Source of the DNA: an uncultured delta proteobacterium
Lineage (GTDB): Bacteria; Desulfobacterota; Desulfomonilia; Desulfomonilales; Desulfomonilaceae
Direction: 5' to 3'
Assembly: GCA_963789265.1 (NCBI GenBank)
Contig: CAWBKB010000001.1
Location: 1,504,001-1,568,000 of the forward strand
Length of the DNA stretch: 64,000 nucleotides
Position numbers and translations under genes: made by a program. Position 1 is the stretch's first letter; each line of letters begins with the position of its first letter. Positions 19,667-29,453 of the stretch are shown piece after piece. Below the pieces are notes generated by a model that was not told the DNA's origin, ran no database searches, and saw only the letters and a program-made list of their open reading frames with translations.

Positions 19667-20821
19667 ATGCTAACAGAAAGACACAAAACAGAGCCAGATT
19701 TACCCCCTCAAGACCTCGTAACCGCTGCCTTGGACTACGCCCGCAAAGGCTTCCGAATCTTTCCCCTTCATTCAGTTGACGATCAGGGACATTGCTCCTG
19801 TGGAAAACAAGACTGCGGCAGCCCCGGCAAACACCCGCGGAACTGGAACGGTCTCAAGGGAGCCACCACCGACGAGACCCAAATCCTCAAGTGGTGGACG
19901 AAGTTCCCTGATGCGAACATAGGTATCCGCACCGGCAAGGGTCTCTTCGTCCTAGACGTGGATGAGGACGAAGGCGAAGATTCTCTCCGTGACCTTGAAG
20001 AGAAGTGTGGAAAACTTCCAGAGACCTGGGAATGCCTCACCGGACGTGGACGCCATATCTATCTGCTATCACCCACCGACAAATACATAAAGAGTTCAAG
20101 AAGCCTGATCGGAACCAAACTGGACGTCCGCTGTGAGGGAGGCTACGTAGTTGCGCCTCCTTCCCGGCATTACTTTGGAAACCGCTATGAATGGGAATGT
20201 ACGTGTCATTCAGAAGATATTCCTATGGCGGAGGCTCCTGAATGGATGATTCGACTCGCGTGTACGAAGAAGAGATCGAAATCAAATCAGAGGTGGGGCA
20301 GTACCTTCAAACCAGTCCTTCACATCGGGGAGCGGAACGAGACCCTGTTCAAAGAGGCATGCCATCTCAGAGACCTGGGCTTATCCAGGGAAAGGGTAGA
20401 GCATTATACACGCCTCCGCAATCGGTGTGATTGCCAGCCTCCTCTCAAAGACACGGAAGTGGAGACCATACTTCGTCAGGCATACAGATATTCCAAACGC
20501 CCCTGTCGAAAAGGCCGATTGTCTCCGGGTTCCGAGAGAGTTTTCCGTTACCTCGTGGAAAGATCATTGCATAGGGGCAACTGCTTGCTCAGCAAGGAAG
20601 AGATAGCGATTGCTGTCGGTTTGAAGAAGAGGCAGGTCTTCACCTGTATTCGCCAGTTGGAAAGACAAGGGCTATTACGGGTTCAGGAGCATAACGGTAT
20701 GGAAAGTCTATATTTTCCCCAGACCCATGCAGTACCCATGCAGTCCTTACATATAGGGGCAAGGGAAAGTACAGATTCTGAGTCCCCTATACAAGAGACA
20801 CCCCTGAGAGTCATGAAATAA
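19667..20821 (+). CDS. Bifunctional DNA primase/polymerase (Prim-Pol) with PriCT-like and C-terminal wHTH domains
   Basis: ALDYARKGFRIFPL, CSCG..C..PGKHP, ANIGIRTG, VLDVD, GRHIY, GGYVVAPPS, GERNETLF. Confidence 0.9.
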   Translation: MLTERHKTEPDLPPQDLVTAALDYARKGFRIFPLHSVDDQGHCSCGKQDCGSPGKHPRNWNGLKGATTDETQILKWWTKFPDANIGIRTGKGLFVLDVDEDEGEDSLRDLEEKCGKLPETWECLTGRGRHIYLLSPTDKYIKSSRSLIGTKLDVRCEGGYVVAPPSRHYFGNRYEWECTCHSEDIPMAEAPEWMIRLACTKKRSKSNQRWGSTFKPVLHIGERNETLFKEACHLRDLGLSRERVEHYTRLRNRCDCQPPLKDTEVETILRQAYRYSKRPCRKGRLSPGSERVFRYLVERSLHRGNCLLSKEEIAIAVGLKKRQVFTCIRQLERQGLLRVQEHNGMESLYFPQTHAVPMQSLHIGARESTDSESPIQETPLRVMK

Positions 20822-20869
20822 GCAAAAGATCAATCTATCCGTAGAGACGATCCAAAGAAAGGATACGTA

Positions 20870-22064
20870 ATGCCTAGTGAAATTAAAGAAATACGAACAG
20901 CAGACATCACTCATCGTAAGCAGTACCGAGAAATTCGTCCTAGAAAACGGAAATCCTACCGTATCCAAACTAATCGTCCTCTGGAACTACTGGAATAAGG
21001 AATTCTTTGACAATGCCTTCAAAGCCTGTCCCATAATGCTTCTAGCAGAGCCATCGAGACCTTCGGTACTTGGAGACTATTCGGCAGTTGGAGCCTACGG
21101 GAATAGAGCGCAGATAAGAATCAGACCGTCCCTGATGTCGGGGACACATCCCCATACTCTTCCCGGTGATGAATATGAAAAAGGCAGGTTCCTCTTCGTA
21201 GCAGACGTAGCCCTGCATGAAACGATTCATCTTTGGCAGGACGAAGTTCAGGGCGACCTTGAGCCAGCCTATCACGGGCATGGGCCTCTCTTCAGAGACA
21301 AATGCAACGAGATCGGAGAGAAGTTGGGACTCCCGCCGGTAAGAACCTGTAAGAAGAGGGGCAAGGATGCCGAATTACCGAGTTGTAGTCATTTTCCTCA
21401 CAACGTCAGACCGGACGACTATTACCAGGGAGCCTATGTTCGTGAACATGAGGAGCCTAGACCTCTCAAGGGTAGGCTGGAACGACTGCTGAAGGACTTT
21501 ACGGGTGAAGAGATCGTTCAGGAACTGAAGGCTATGGGAGTTTTGGAAACACGGCACGGGTATGGGGGACAAGATGGAAATCTGATAGAGAATCTCAGGG
21601 CTGTGAGTATCGCTGATGTTCTACAAACCGAAGAAGATCTATCAATCGTAGAACATGTAGTAGCGTCCGGAGAACAGGCTTCGTTGAAACACGAATGGTT
21701 CATTCAGGCTTTCCAGACCGCCTGCCTTGCGAGAGGCATCAGTCCAGATCTCAGGATAGATTCTTCTCTCTCCGCTACCTTGGATGCCTGGCTCGACGAA
21801 AAACTCACCCGTGGAAGCTACTTCGGAGCGAAATTCTACACCCACGAGAAGCAAAGCAGCCTGAGGGAGAAACTCTGCGAGATCGTCGCCCAGTGGGAGT
21901 TTATAGAAATCTCTGTGCTGGGGCAGAGGGTCGAGGTGCCTTCTGTTCCAGACCTCGAATTTCTCGTCTCATATCGAGAGAAACTCTTCGACTGGATTAC
22001 CGAGCAGAGAATGCGAAAAACCGAGGCAATCATGGATCGATTGCAGTTGGGAGGGCAGTGCTGA
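20870..22064 (+). CDS. SprT-like zinc metalloprotease-family protein; probable +1 frameshift at 20927
   Basis: HETIH...HGPLF..KCNEIG motif; RBS and ATG at 20870 join the main frame if one C after GTAC is removed (ORF track gives 20877..22064). Confidence 0.75.
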
Positions 22065-22158
22065 GAGACAGTCCCGTGTATCGGGGACGCAATTAAGATT
22101 TCCAACGCCGCGAGGTGATGCGTAGCGGTCTAAAACCTGATTGACGAGGAGTAGAGAA

Positions 22159-22767
22159 ATGGACTCAGACCATGACAGTTCCCAATATTACATCGAAGAC
22201 ACGTTGCTTTTGCATTTTCTGATCGTCCGCTACACCGAAATGCTCCAACTCAAGGAGCCGAGACTTGTTCCAGTCTGGGCCGGGCTTGGTTTGGTCGCGC
22301 TGCACCAGAATAAAGAACTGGCAAATGCTTTCGAAACCCTGATTTCCTCCGACTCATATACCGTCGAAGAAGTCCTCACGTGCTCCATAGACTTCTTTTT
22401 GGTAGAGATAGACCGACTGGCGACGGCAGATGCTGCTGATTACGTGGAGAAAAGGGTCGCACGCCGTCCCCTGAGTAGGAGGACTGAAAGAAAATTCCAA
22501 TCTTGGGCTTGGCATGAAGGCAGGAGGATGAAGAAGGAGAACTGTTTCGAATACTATTCCATTTGGGAATTGGTCTCCTTCTTGGCACTGACCTCCGACG
22601 AATACATTAAAGCATTTGAGGAAAGATGCCGGTTTTCAGAGTCTCCTGAGGAAGTGAAACTCGAACAGGGGTTGGAGGTTATTAAGTCGGCAACATTTAG
22701 ACGCAGGATAGACAACACTTCTTTTCAACCGAACATGCTCAAGAGTGGCACACCAACAAATGAATAG
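22159..22767 (+). CDS. hypothetical helical protein (paralog of the next gene)
   Basis: GAGGAG RBS; aligns with 22779..23348. Confidence 0.7.
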   Translation: MDSDHDSSQYYIEDTLLLHFLIVRYTEMLQLKEPRLVPVWAGLGLVALHQNKELANAFETLISSDSYTVEEVLTCSIDFFLVEIDRLATADAADYVEKRVARRPLSRRTERKFQSWAWHEGRRMKKENCFEYYSIWELVSFLALTSDEYIKAFEERCRFSESPEEVKLEQGLEVIKSATFRRRIDNTSFQPNMLKSGTPTNE

Positions 22768-22778
22768 GAGACCAAGCT

Positions 22779-23348
22779 ATGAAGATTACAGTCACTGTAC
22801 CCAGATCCGGCCCACGAGTGGAGCCGAAATTACTTGTGAAATTTGTCATCAGTAAATGTGCCGAAGTAATCCAGCAGAATTGGACCCAACTTCCCCCAAT
22901 TTGGGCAGCTCTTGCCCTATCCGCCATCGCTCACGACGAAGATTTCCACAGTCGTCTTAAAGAAGTTATAGCCTCGTCCTCTGTTGAGGCGGAAAAGATT
23001 CTCGTAATGTGTCGAGATATCTTCTTACCTGCCTTGGGTCAGCCCCAGGATGGACACACGCCGGAGTGTTCAGATGAGGAAGAGAACTATCACCTCCCCG
23101 ACGAGCGCAACTGCAGACGGGTTTTACGATACGCTCAGCGTGAAGGGGAGAAGATGCTCTCATCGAGAGATTATGAATTTATCAGAGTTTTCGAATTACT
23201 CTGTTGGTCAGGCTTGCAGTGCTACGCAATGAGGCTCTACCAGTTCGAGGCTTTGCGCCAGACCTTTGGGGCTGATCCCGAAAACCTTGTGCGAACAAGT
23301 GTAGAAATTATAAGGGCTACGGTTGTCAGCCCGCGAAAGAGGGTTTAG
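22779..23348 (+). CDS. hypothetical helical protein (paralog of the previous gene)
   Basis: AGGAG RBS; LPPIWAALAL vs LVPVWAGLGL, YAQREGEKM vs WAWHEGRRM. Confidence 0.7.
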   Translation: MKITVTVPRSGPRVEPKLLVKFVISKCAEVIQQNWTQLPPIWAALALSAIAHDEDFHSRLKEVIASSSVEAEKILVMCRDIFLPALGQPQDGHTPECSDEEENYHLPDERNCRRVLRYAQREGEKMLSSRDYEFIRVFELLCWSGLQCYAMRLYQFEALRQTFGADPENLVRTSVEIIRATVVSPRKRV

Positions 23349-23432
23349 TTCTGCCCTTTCCAGACTAATTGATAGACAGCCGGGACAATTACTCAGAGAC
23401 CGGCGCACAACGAATTGATAAGGAGAAATCTG

Positions 23433-23687
23433 ATGGTTACAGCACGATTTCAGGAACTCATGACCCAGGGGTACGCCCTCAGCAATAGACTTTACTTCGG
23501 AGAATGGAACCCGGACGAGTTCGAGGCATGGATAAAGGACTGTCAGAGCCTTCTTGCTTGCTGCGAACCGGAGCCATATTTCCCCTCGTGTCCCGATCAC
23601 CGACACATCGAGGAGATCGTATTTCTGCTTCAGAAGATGTCGGGCGAGATTTTGAGGGGACACGTCCAATATATGGGTGTCTTGTAG
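23433..23687 (+). CDS. hypothetical protein
   Basis: AAGGAG RBS, 84 aa. Confidence 0.6.
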   Translation: MVTARFQELMTQGYALSNRLYFGEWNPDEFEAWIKDCQSLLACCEPEPYFPSCPDHRHIEEIVFLLQKMSGEILRGHVQYMGVL

Positions 23688-23770
23688 GTCTTTCTTTTGA
23701 GCCTCACTTTGGGTGAAACCGGTGTGGTGGTTCAGCCCACACGAGGCATCAAATGCACGGAGGTAACGAC

Positions 23771-23983
23771 ATGTCCAGCAAAGCAAGAAAACTGCTCTTG
23801 GCTTCAGCCAGAGGCGATAATTGGAGATCAAAATTACTCTCCCGTCGCGAAGACGGAAGGGAAATGTGGGAATTCATTGATCCCTCAACCGGGGACACGA
23901 AGGCGATCCAAATTACCTATCCCGACGGACGGGTAGAGACGAACATCATCAAGCATGATTACAGCAAAGATTTCGAGGGGTAA
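23771..23983 (+). CDS. hypothetical protein
   Basis: GGAGGT RBS, 70 aa. Confidence 0.6.
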   Translation: MSSKARKLLLASARGDNWRSKLLSRREDGREMWEFIDPSTGDTKAIQITYPDGRVETNIIKHDYSKDFEG

Positions 23984-23984
23984 A

Positions 23985-24356
23985 ATGACTGAAACAAATC
24001 GAGAGACGGGGATCAAGAGAGCCACGGCAGACTTTTCAGGACAATATTTGGATCTCACCATACCCTATTGGTTCAGTTCGATGGCTCGACGGAGGCAGGA
24101 GAATCTGCTACCGGGAGATTACGTCACGGTTCAGGGCTTAGGCGAGAACCAAAAATTCGAACTCGTGGATGTTTTCCCTCAGTTCGGGTCTTGCCGCGTA
24201 CGAGGGATCGGTAAAACTGAGTGCCTCTTGATGCCCTGGGCCTATGTCTCGCCGTGGAAGAAGGCGCAGGAGGGGTGTACAAGTGCCTTAACGCAAGCCA
24301 TCGGAAATTGGTTGTTCGGTGGAAATCGCGTTTACCGGTTGTCAGAGCCAGGATAG
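23985..24356 (+). CDS. hypothetical protein (possible SH3/KOW-like barrel)
   Basis: Operonic spacing; PGDYVTV...FELVDV...CRVR...MPW. Confidence 0.55.
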   Translation: MTETNRETGIKRATADFSGQYLDLTIPYWFSSMARRRQENLLPGDYVTVQGLGENQKFELVDVFPQFGSCRVRGIGKTECLLMPWAYVSPWKKAQEGCTSALTQAIGNWLFGGNRVYRLSEPG

Positions 24357-24357
24357 A

Positions 24358-24498
24358 ATGCTCAAGCAAAGAAAAATCCACTGGAACACGCAAACCTGCG
24401 ACGTGGAGGCTGAGGACGGGACGGTGTTTTACGATGTTTCGTGGGACGATTTGGAATTTGCGGACGATGTAGAGTGCCATCTTGCCAAAGATGAATAA
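24358..24498 (+). CDS. small hypothetical protein (46 aa)
   Basis: ATG 1 nt after the previous stop; MLKQRKIHWNTQTCDVEAEDGTVFYDVSWDDLEF... Confidence 0.4.
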   Translation: MLKQRKIHWNTQTCDVEAEDGTVFYDVSWDDLEFADDVECHLAKDE

Positions 24499-24683
24499 GG
24501 AACCCCCGTGCTTTGGGACTCTTTCAGCGAGCGACATTAGGTAAGGTCTGCCCTGAAGCTCGGCCTGTGGCGGGAGAAATAGGTGCAACGATCACAAAAG
24601 ACTCGAAACGAATAGTAACCCGTACCGCATGGCCCCCAACGCCTTCGAGCCCAGCCATGAGTCACTTCTGCGCCGCAGCCTTC

Positions 24684-25115
24684 TCAGTAGTATTGAGACT
24701 GTGGGGGATCAGGGGCGTAATCGCCGCCAACCTGCCAATAGTGCCAAGACTGTCCAAAGTGATCGTGGGCGTATCTGGAATCGGTACAGAGATCGCTCTC
24801 GTGAAGATCACGTAAAACGAGCCAACGTAGGGGAACTGGTTGTCGGTCTCCCTTTGGTTTACGGTATGGTCTCCCGCTCTCGTATCTTATCACTCGGTCA
24901 AGGACGGCAGATAATTTAGGGTCGCGTGCGTACTGGAGTTTTTGTCGGATCACTTCGAACAACTCAAAGGAAGTCAGGTTGTTACTTTTCAGAGCCTGAA
25001 ATATCCTATCAGTGTCCCATTCGTGCCATTTGATGTGGCTGAGGGATTTTGATTTTGCCCTGAGAAGCTGGCTGTCCCTGCGTCTGCCACGTTGATTTAC
25101 CGTCCAGAAGGACAT
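24684..25115 (-). CDS. hypothetical protein
   Basis: GGAGAG RBS, 143 aa. Confidence 0.5.
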   Translation of the reverse strand: MSFWTVNQRGRRRDSQLLRAKSKSLSHIKWHEWDTDRIFQALKSNNLTSFELFEVIRQKLQYARDPKLSAVLDRVIRYESGRPYRKPKGDRQPVPLRWLVLRDLHESDLCTDSRYAHDHFGQSWHYWQVGGDYAPDPPQSQYY

Positions 25116-25188
25116 CTGTGCTCTCCGTATCCCGGATGATGGAAAATCAGCTCCTGAACGTGATCTCTGATCCTGCCTTTACTAAGCC

Positions 25189-25719
25189 TCACACCGTCAT
25201 ATAGGGGAAATGCGCTGAAGCATCCGGGGTCGCCGTCTGCCGGAACCTGAACCGCCCTTCTTCGTCAAACCAAAGGCTCTCACGCCGGTTCAGTACCAGG
25301 CAGACCCTCTTTTCCTCGTCTGCCGCTGTCGTTGCCGCGTACTGCTCCACTTGATCAACAGGTACGGAGTCTGGAACCCATCTACGTTGATAAACACCCG
25401 GAATAAGCCTGATGATAAGGTGAGGCAGTTCCGATTTGCTGCACCAGTCCTCGAATTGACGGTGTAGGTCTTGCCTGTCCTGCTCTATTAGCCTTTTCAG
25501 GTCTTCGTCGGAGACACTCAGGGCTTGTACAACTTTTTGCAGCAATTCGTCAGTAATTGTCCCCTCTGACTCAAAGAGATGGAGCCGCTGAACTCCCCTG
25601 TTGACATTCCTGTACCCGACAATATGAGCCAGTTCGCTGAGGCGAATCCCGCGCTGGGTGCGAACCTGTCTGATATGCCTACCAGTTTGAAGCAGACCGG
25701 TGAGTTTCCTTTGCTTCAT
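25189..25719 (-). CDS. XRE-family HTH protein
   Basis: IRQVRTQRGIRLSELAHIVG...LHLFESEG; AGGAGG RBS. Confidence 0.8.
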   Translation of the reverse strand: MKQRKLTGLLQTGRHIRQVRTQRGIRLSELAHIVGYRNVNRGVQRLHLFESEGTITDELLQKVVQALSVSDEDLKRLIEQDRQDLHRQFEDWCSKSELPHLIIRLIPGVYQRRWVPDSVPVDQVEQYAATTAADEEKRVCLVLNRRESLWFDEEGRFRFRQTATPDASAHFPYMTV

Positions 25720-26250
25720 TTCTCGCCTCCTAAAACTAACTATACCATATGGTTATGTGGTATGTCTGGAAAGAAGGTTCCTAAGCACGGCGCGGATCGC
25801 TGCGTCCCGTGTCAATCTGAGTTGACACTCGACCGATCTGATGGATGCCATGACACCGAAGCTTGTTCTCAAGAGGATTCACGATAAGAGTATATGCGCG
25901 GGCATGCACGGCACCGACTATGATAGGAATTACTGGCACTGTGGACTCCTGGCGAAGATCCTTCGTACGATGCGGAACATCAGCCTCCATACTTCTGTGG
26001 GCGTTGCGGTCGGGGGATAACCTACGGATCGTTGAGAAAGAAGTACAGGTCAGGCAGATTCTACGAATGGAGGCTGTTTTGTGACCGATGCACCCTAGTC
26101 TCCAGACTCAGACCGAGATTTCCTAAAGACTTGAAAGAAAAAAGCTCAAGCGAGGGTGACCACGGCAAACGACAGATTCCCTAACTGGACATAGAACTGC
26201 ATGGAGCGTGGACAGTGCGTCTACCCTTTTGATAAAGCAGGAGAAAGCCA

Positions 26251-27006
26251 ATGCGTTGGGGTGGCTGCGCTAAGACGCCAGCAGACATCGAGATATTGAA
26301 GGATCTTAATTTTGATTTCGCAGAGATTATGCTTTCCTTATCGTCTTCACGACGGCTCTGGTGGGAATCCGGCATCAAAAACAATTTTGAGGACTTCTTC
26401 CTTGTTGCTCATGGACCGATAACAGACCCGACAGATGACGCAAGGGGTCTCTGGGACCATTACTTTCCAGCATTGAAATCTACCGTAGATACAGCACACA
26501 GGATGGGAATCAATCTGCTTACTATTCACATGGACATAAGCAGCCCTGTTCCGACATTTCTAAGACAGGAGAAGCTGCGAGCAATCGCCGAGCTGGTCCA
26601 ATATGCACAAGCTTCAGGTATAACCGTTGCGTTGGAGAATGTCTCGGAATCCGCCGTAGAGATTATGGAAGCATTCCGGGCCGCACCAAGGCTAGGGATT
26701 ACCTTGGATATTGGACACGGACAGATCCACGCGGAAAGGAATCGATCTCTTGAAATCATAGAAAATCTTGGACAATCCATAGTCCATGTCCATATCCACG
26801 ATAATGATGGGATTGACGATCTTCACCTCCCGCCGGGGAAGGGAATCATTGATTTAAGAAATATTGTTACTAAGATTCTTCGGCAGGGCTATGACGGGAC
26901 ATTCACCCTTGAAGTGGGGCATCAAGACCTGGTGTTTTCCAGAAAGTATGTTCAAGGGCTGATCGACGGTTCAGATCGTTACTCATCGTGGACGCGATCA
27001 CCGTGA
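26251..27006 (+). CDS. Sugar phosphate isomerase/epimerase (xylose isomerase-like TIM barrel)
   Basis: ALEN, TLDIGH, HVHIHDN...DLHLPPGKG, TLEV. Confidence 0.88.
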   Translation: MRWGGCAKTPADIEILKDLNFDFAEIMLSLSSSRRLWWESGIKNNFEDFFLVAHGPITDPTDDARGLWDHYFPALKSTVDTAHRMGINLLTIHMDISSPVPTFLRQEKLRAIAELVQYAQASGITVALENVSESAVEIMEAFRAAPRLGITLDIGHGQIHAERNRSLEIIENLGQSIVHVHIHDNDGIDDLHLPPGKGIIDLRNIVTKILRQGYDGTFTLEVGHQDLVFSRKYVQGLIDGSDRYSSWTRSP

Positions 27007-27207
27007 AACCGGCTAAGGGGGAAGACTTTGCCGCCAATCTTGAACCGGACGTGAGGGAGAAGTTCATAGAAATCATAACCACATCGAAAATTGCTGGTCG
27101 ATGATCAGGAGATAAATTCACGCTCTCACATTGTTTTTCTTTTGCTCAAAGGGAGCCTCGAAGCCCAGGTTATGAATCCTCGATTATCCCGGTCTCGGAC
27201 TGACATT

Positions 27208-27888
27208 TTAGGCATCGCCCAAATCTTCGTCGCTCAGCCCGTAACGTTTTTTTACTGATTCAATCTCTAAGCGTCTGAATTCTAGTCCATCCTCCAGGAG
27301 GGCCACAAGAGCCTCTCCATCGTACGGGCCAATAATAGGGTCATGATAACGATACTCGCTTTGGCAGTAGTAACCTTCGATGGTGTTCATATACTTGCGC
27401 ATGAGGACGAGTACATCTTCAATCATCTGTCGCGATACGCCGGGCAGGGGGTCTGCCCCAGGCTGAATTGAGGCGTTGTCGAGATGCGCTATGCGCTTGT
27501 TACGATGAGTCCGAATTGCCCCACATTTACCAGGCTTGTCCGAGCTGTTGGGGACACCACAAAGCTCAACCAATATCTCGCTGAGTTTGGAGGAAAGCCC
27601 TTGGTCGCCGAGTTTCTCCACTTGTTCCTGCAATCGCAAGAGTGAAAGGTTCTCATTCCCGCCGATGGTAGCACGATCAATGAGTTTCCCCAGCGAGAGC
27701 TGGATCTCATCTATCAGTACCCCATGAATAAAGAAAAAAAACGTAGAGGCACAGCTATTTAACAATCTCACTCGCGCATCGGAGTGTGCAAAGAGCTGGC
27801 GGTAGATTTTCCACCGGGCGTGCAGGGACGTGATTTCATTCTTCAGTTGGTCGAATACGACTTTTATGGATTCAGGAACATCGTTCAT
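27208..27888 (-). CDS. HEPN protein (AbiU2-like)
   Basis: LGKLID...NLSL..L and RNKRIAH (RxxxxH). Confidence 0.75.
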   Translation of the reverse strand: MNDVPESIKVVFDQLKNEITSLHARWKIYRQLFAHSDARVRLLNSCASTFFFFIHGVLIDEIQLSLGKLIDRATIGGNENLSLLRLQEQVEKLGDQGLSSKLSEILVELCGVPNSSDKPGKCGAIRTHRNKRIAHLDNASIQPGADPLPGVSRQMIEDVLVLMRKYMNTIEGYYCQSEYRYHDPIIGPYDGEALVALLEDGLEFRRLEIESVKKRYGLSDEDLGDA

Positions 27889-27946
27889 AGCCTGTGCCTC
27901 TCATGAGACGGGTTTGGTGTGGCTTCCTCATTATACGGTCGCCGCC

Positions 27947-28519
27947 TCAAGCCTTCTGTTCAGCCTTTCGTTTGTAATCTCGTTCGACAAAATCACGTTG
28001 GCTCATCAGGTCTAGCCTCTGAGACATCTGGTTACACAGATATGCAGAATCCTCATCTGAAATGTGGTCGCAAAAGTCGAAAATCATGGATAGGACATCC
28101 TGTGCGAGACGATCCACATTGAGATGATCTAGTCCATCGAAAAAATCAAAAAGAGGAGACTCCTCCCCGGCCTTGCGGATACCGCACGCCTTTGGGAAGA
28201 TTTGATGCATTAGCCCATTTCGGAACAAGTAAACGAGAGTGTCCAAACGGGTCAAGTACTCATTTGGGAAGGAGGCAAGCGGATGGGAAAAGATAGCCTT
28301 GAAGTTACCCTTTGTGTCATCAATCTTTGGCTTCCGAGAATCCGTGCGGACGAGAAAGCCAAACAAGTCGATAATCACGAAAAGTAGCATCGCAGTGGGG
28401 ATCGTACATCCTGCAAGTCCCTCAGGGCCTTGGGGGCGCAGTCTCATCAATCGTTCTATATCGGGGATAAGATATTTGGTGACCTCCCCATGCAAAAAGT
28501 TTTCAGCGCGCGTGTTCAT
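27947..28519 (-). CDS. Putative HEPN-like protein
   Basis: LLFVIIDLFG and FRNGLMHQ (RxxxxH). Confidence 0.65.
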   Translation of the reverse strand: MNTRAENFLHGEVTKYLIPDIERLMRLRPQGPEGLAGCTIPTAMLLFVIIDLFGFLVRTDSRKPKIDDTKGNFKAIFSHPLASFPNEYLTRLDTLVYLFRNGLMHQIFPKACGIRKAGEESPLFDFFDGLDHLNVDRLAQDVLSMIFDFCDHISDEDSAYLCNQMSQRLDLMSQRDFVERDYKRKAEQKA

Positions 28520-28605
28520 AATCTCTCTCTATTTTTTGCCTGACCTAACCCATTGATTTCCCTATAGACCTCCTCTCTCCGCATGTCAACCACAAGCAGC
28601 CCCCG

Positions 28606-28775
28606 TCAGATCATCATACACCGCCAGCGGATCGGGTCATCAGCGGTAGCCCTCTGCCGAAATCTCAGCCGCCCTTCCTCATCGAACCGAACACTCTCCC
28701 GACGGTTCAGCACCAGGCAAGTCTTCATTTTCCTCTCAGACGCTGTCGTTGCCGCGTACTGCTCCAGTTGACCAG
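28606..28775 (-). pseudogene. Duplicated 3' fragment of the XRE gene at 25189..25719
   Basis: QLEQYAATTASERKMKTCLVLNRRESVRFDEEGRLRFRQRAT vs QVEQYAATTAADEEKRVCLVLNRRESLWFDEEGRFRFRQTAT. Confidence 0.8.
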
Positions 28776-28899
28776 CAGTCAGACACAATCCATCAGCCCG
28801 TAGTTGCTGGCTCTTTTCCTGGACATAGCTTTATTCCTGATTGACAACTCCACCACAGAAATGGAAAACTCAAGAAAATGCCAGGAACGGAGGTCTATC

Positions 28900-29217
28900 A
28901 TGTCAGAGCCCTAACGAATCAGTCCAGAAGGGACTTACGATAGATTGAAAGCCGGGACTGCCCTTCTGGTGTGCGCCTATGACAGCGATGAGAAATTCAA
29001 GACGATGCCCCTGGAAGGTGCCATTTCCCTGAGCGCATTTCGGTCCAAACGTTCTTCATTATCTAAGGATCAGGAAATTATCTTTTATTGTGCCTGACCT
29101 GATGACGGAGCGGCTGTCGGTCAGGCAGCAAAGCACATCAAACTCGGATACAAGAATTCTAAAGTCCTCAATGGTGGCGTCGAAGCCTGGAAGCGGGCGG
29201 GGTACAGGCTTGTCTAA
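28900..29217 (+). pseudogene. Rhodanese-like selenoprotein gene (CAU motif, in-frame TGA 29095-29097) with a premature TAA at codon 5
   Basis: GGAGG RBS; ...LEGAISL...DQEIIFYCA-TGA-PDDGAA...GY.NSKVLNGGVEAWKRAGY; hairpin directly after the TGA. Confidence 0.8.
29098..29125 (+). promoter_or_regulatory. Candidate bacterial SECIS hairpin
   Basis: CCTGAT-GACGG-agcgg-CTGTC-g-GTCAGG with G in the apical loop, immediately 3' of the UGA. Confidence 0.7.
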
Positions 29218-29453
29218 GGGAACTGGGGCCTAGAAAAAAGTTTCTTTTGCTCTGTCTTATAACGATTATTTTAAGCCGTTTTGGAAACTGAGGGCCTACC
29301 ACTGTCCCAGCCTAAGAACGACGAGAAAGGCCACGTACTCGCATTTCGCTGTGGAATTGGCACTGCCGAATTGATGATGGGGGTACGGTTTGCAAAAAGC
29401 GACGTATGCCCAAGCAAACGGTAAGAAATCAATTGCGAGGGGAGGAACCAAGC

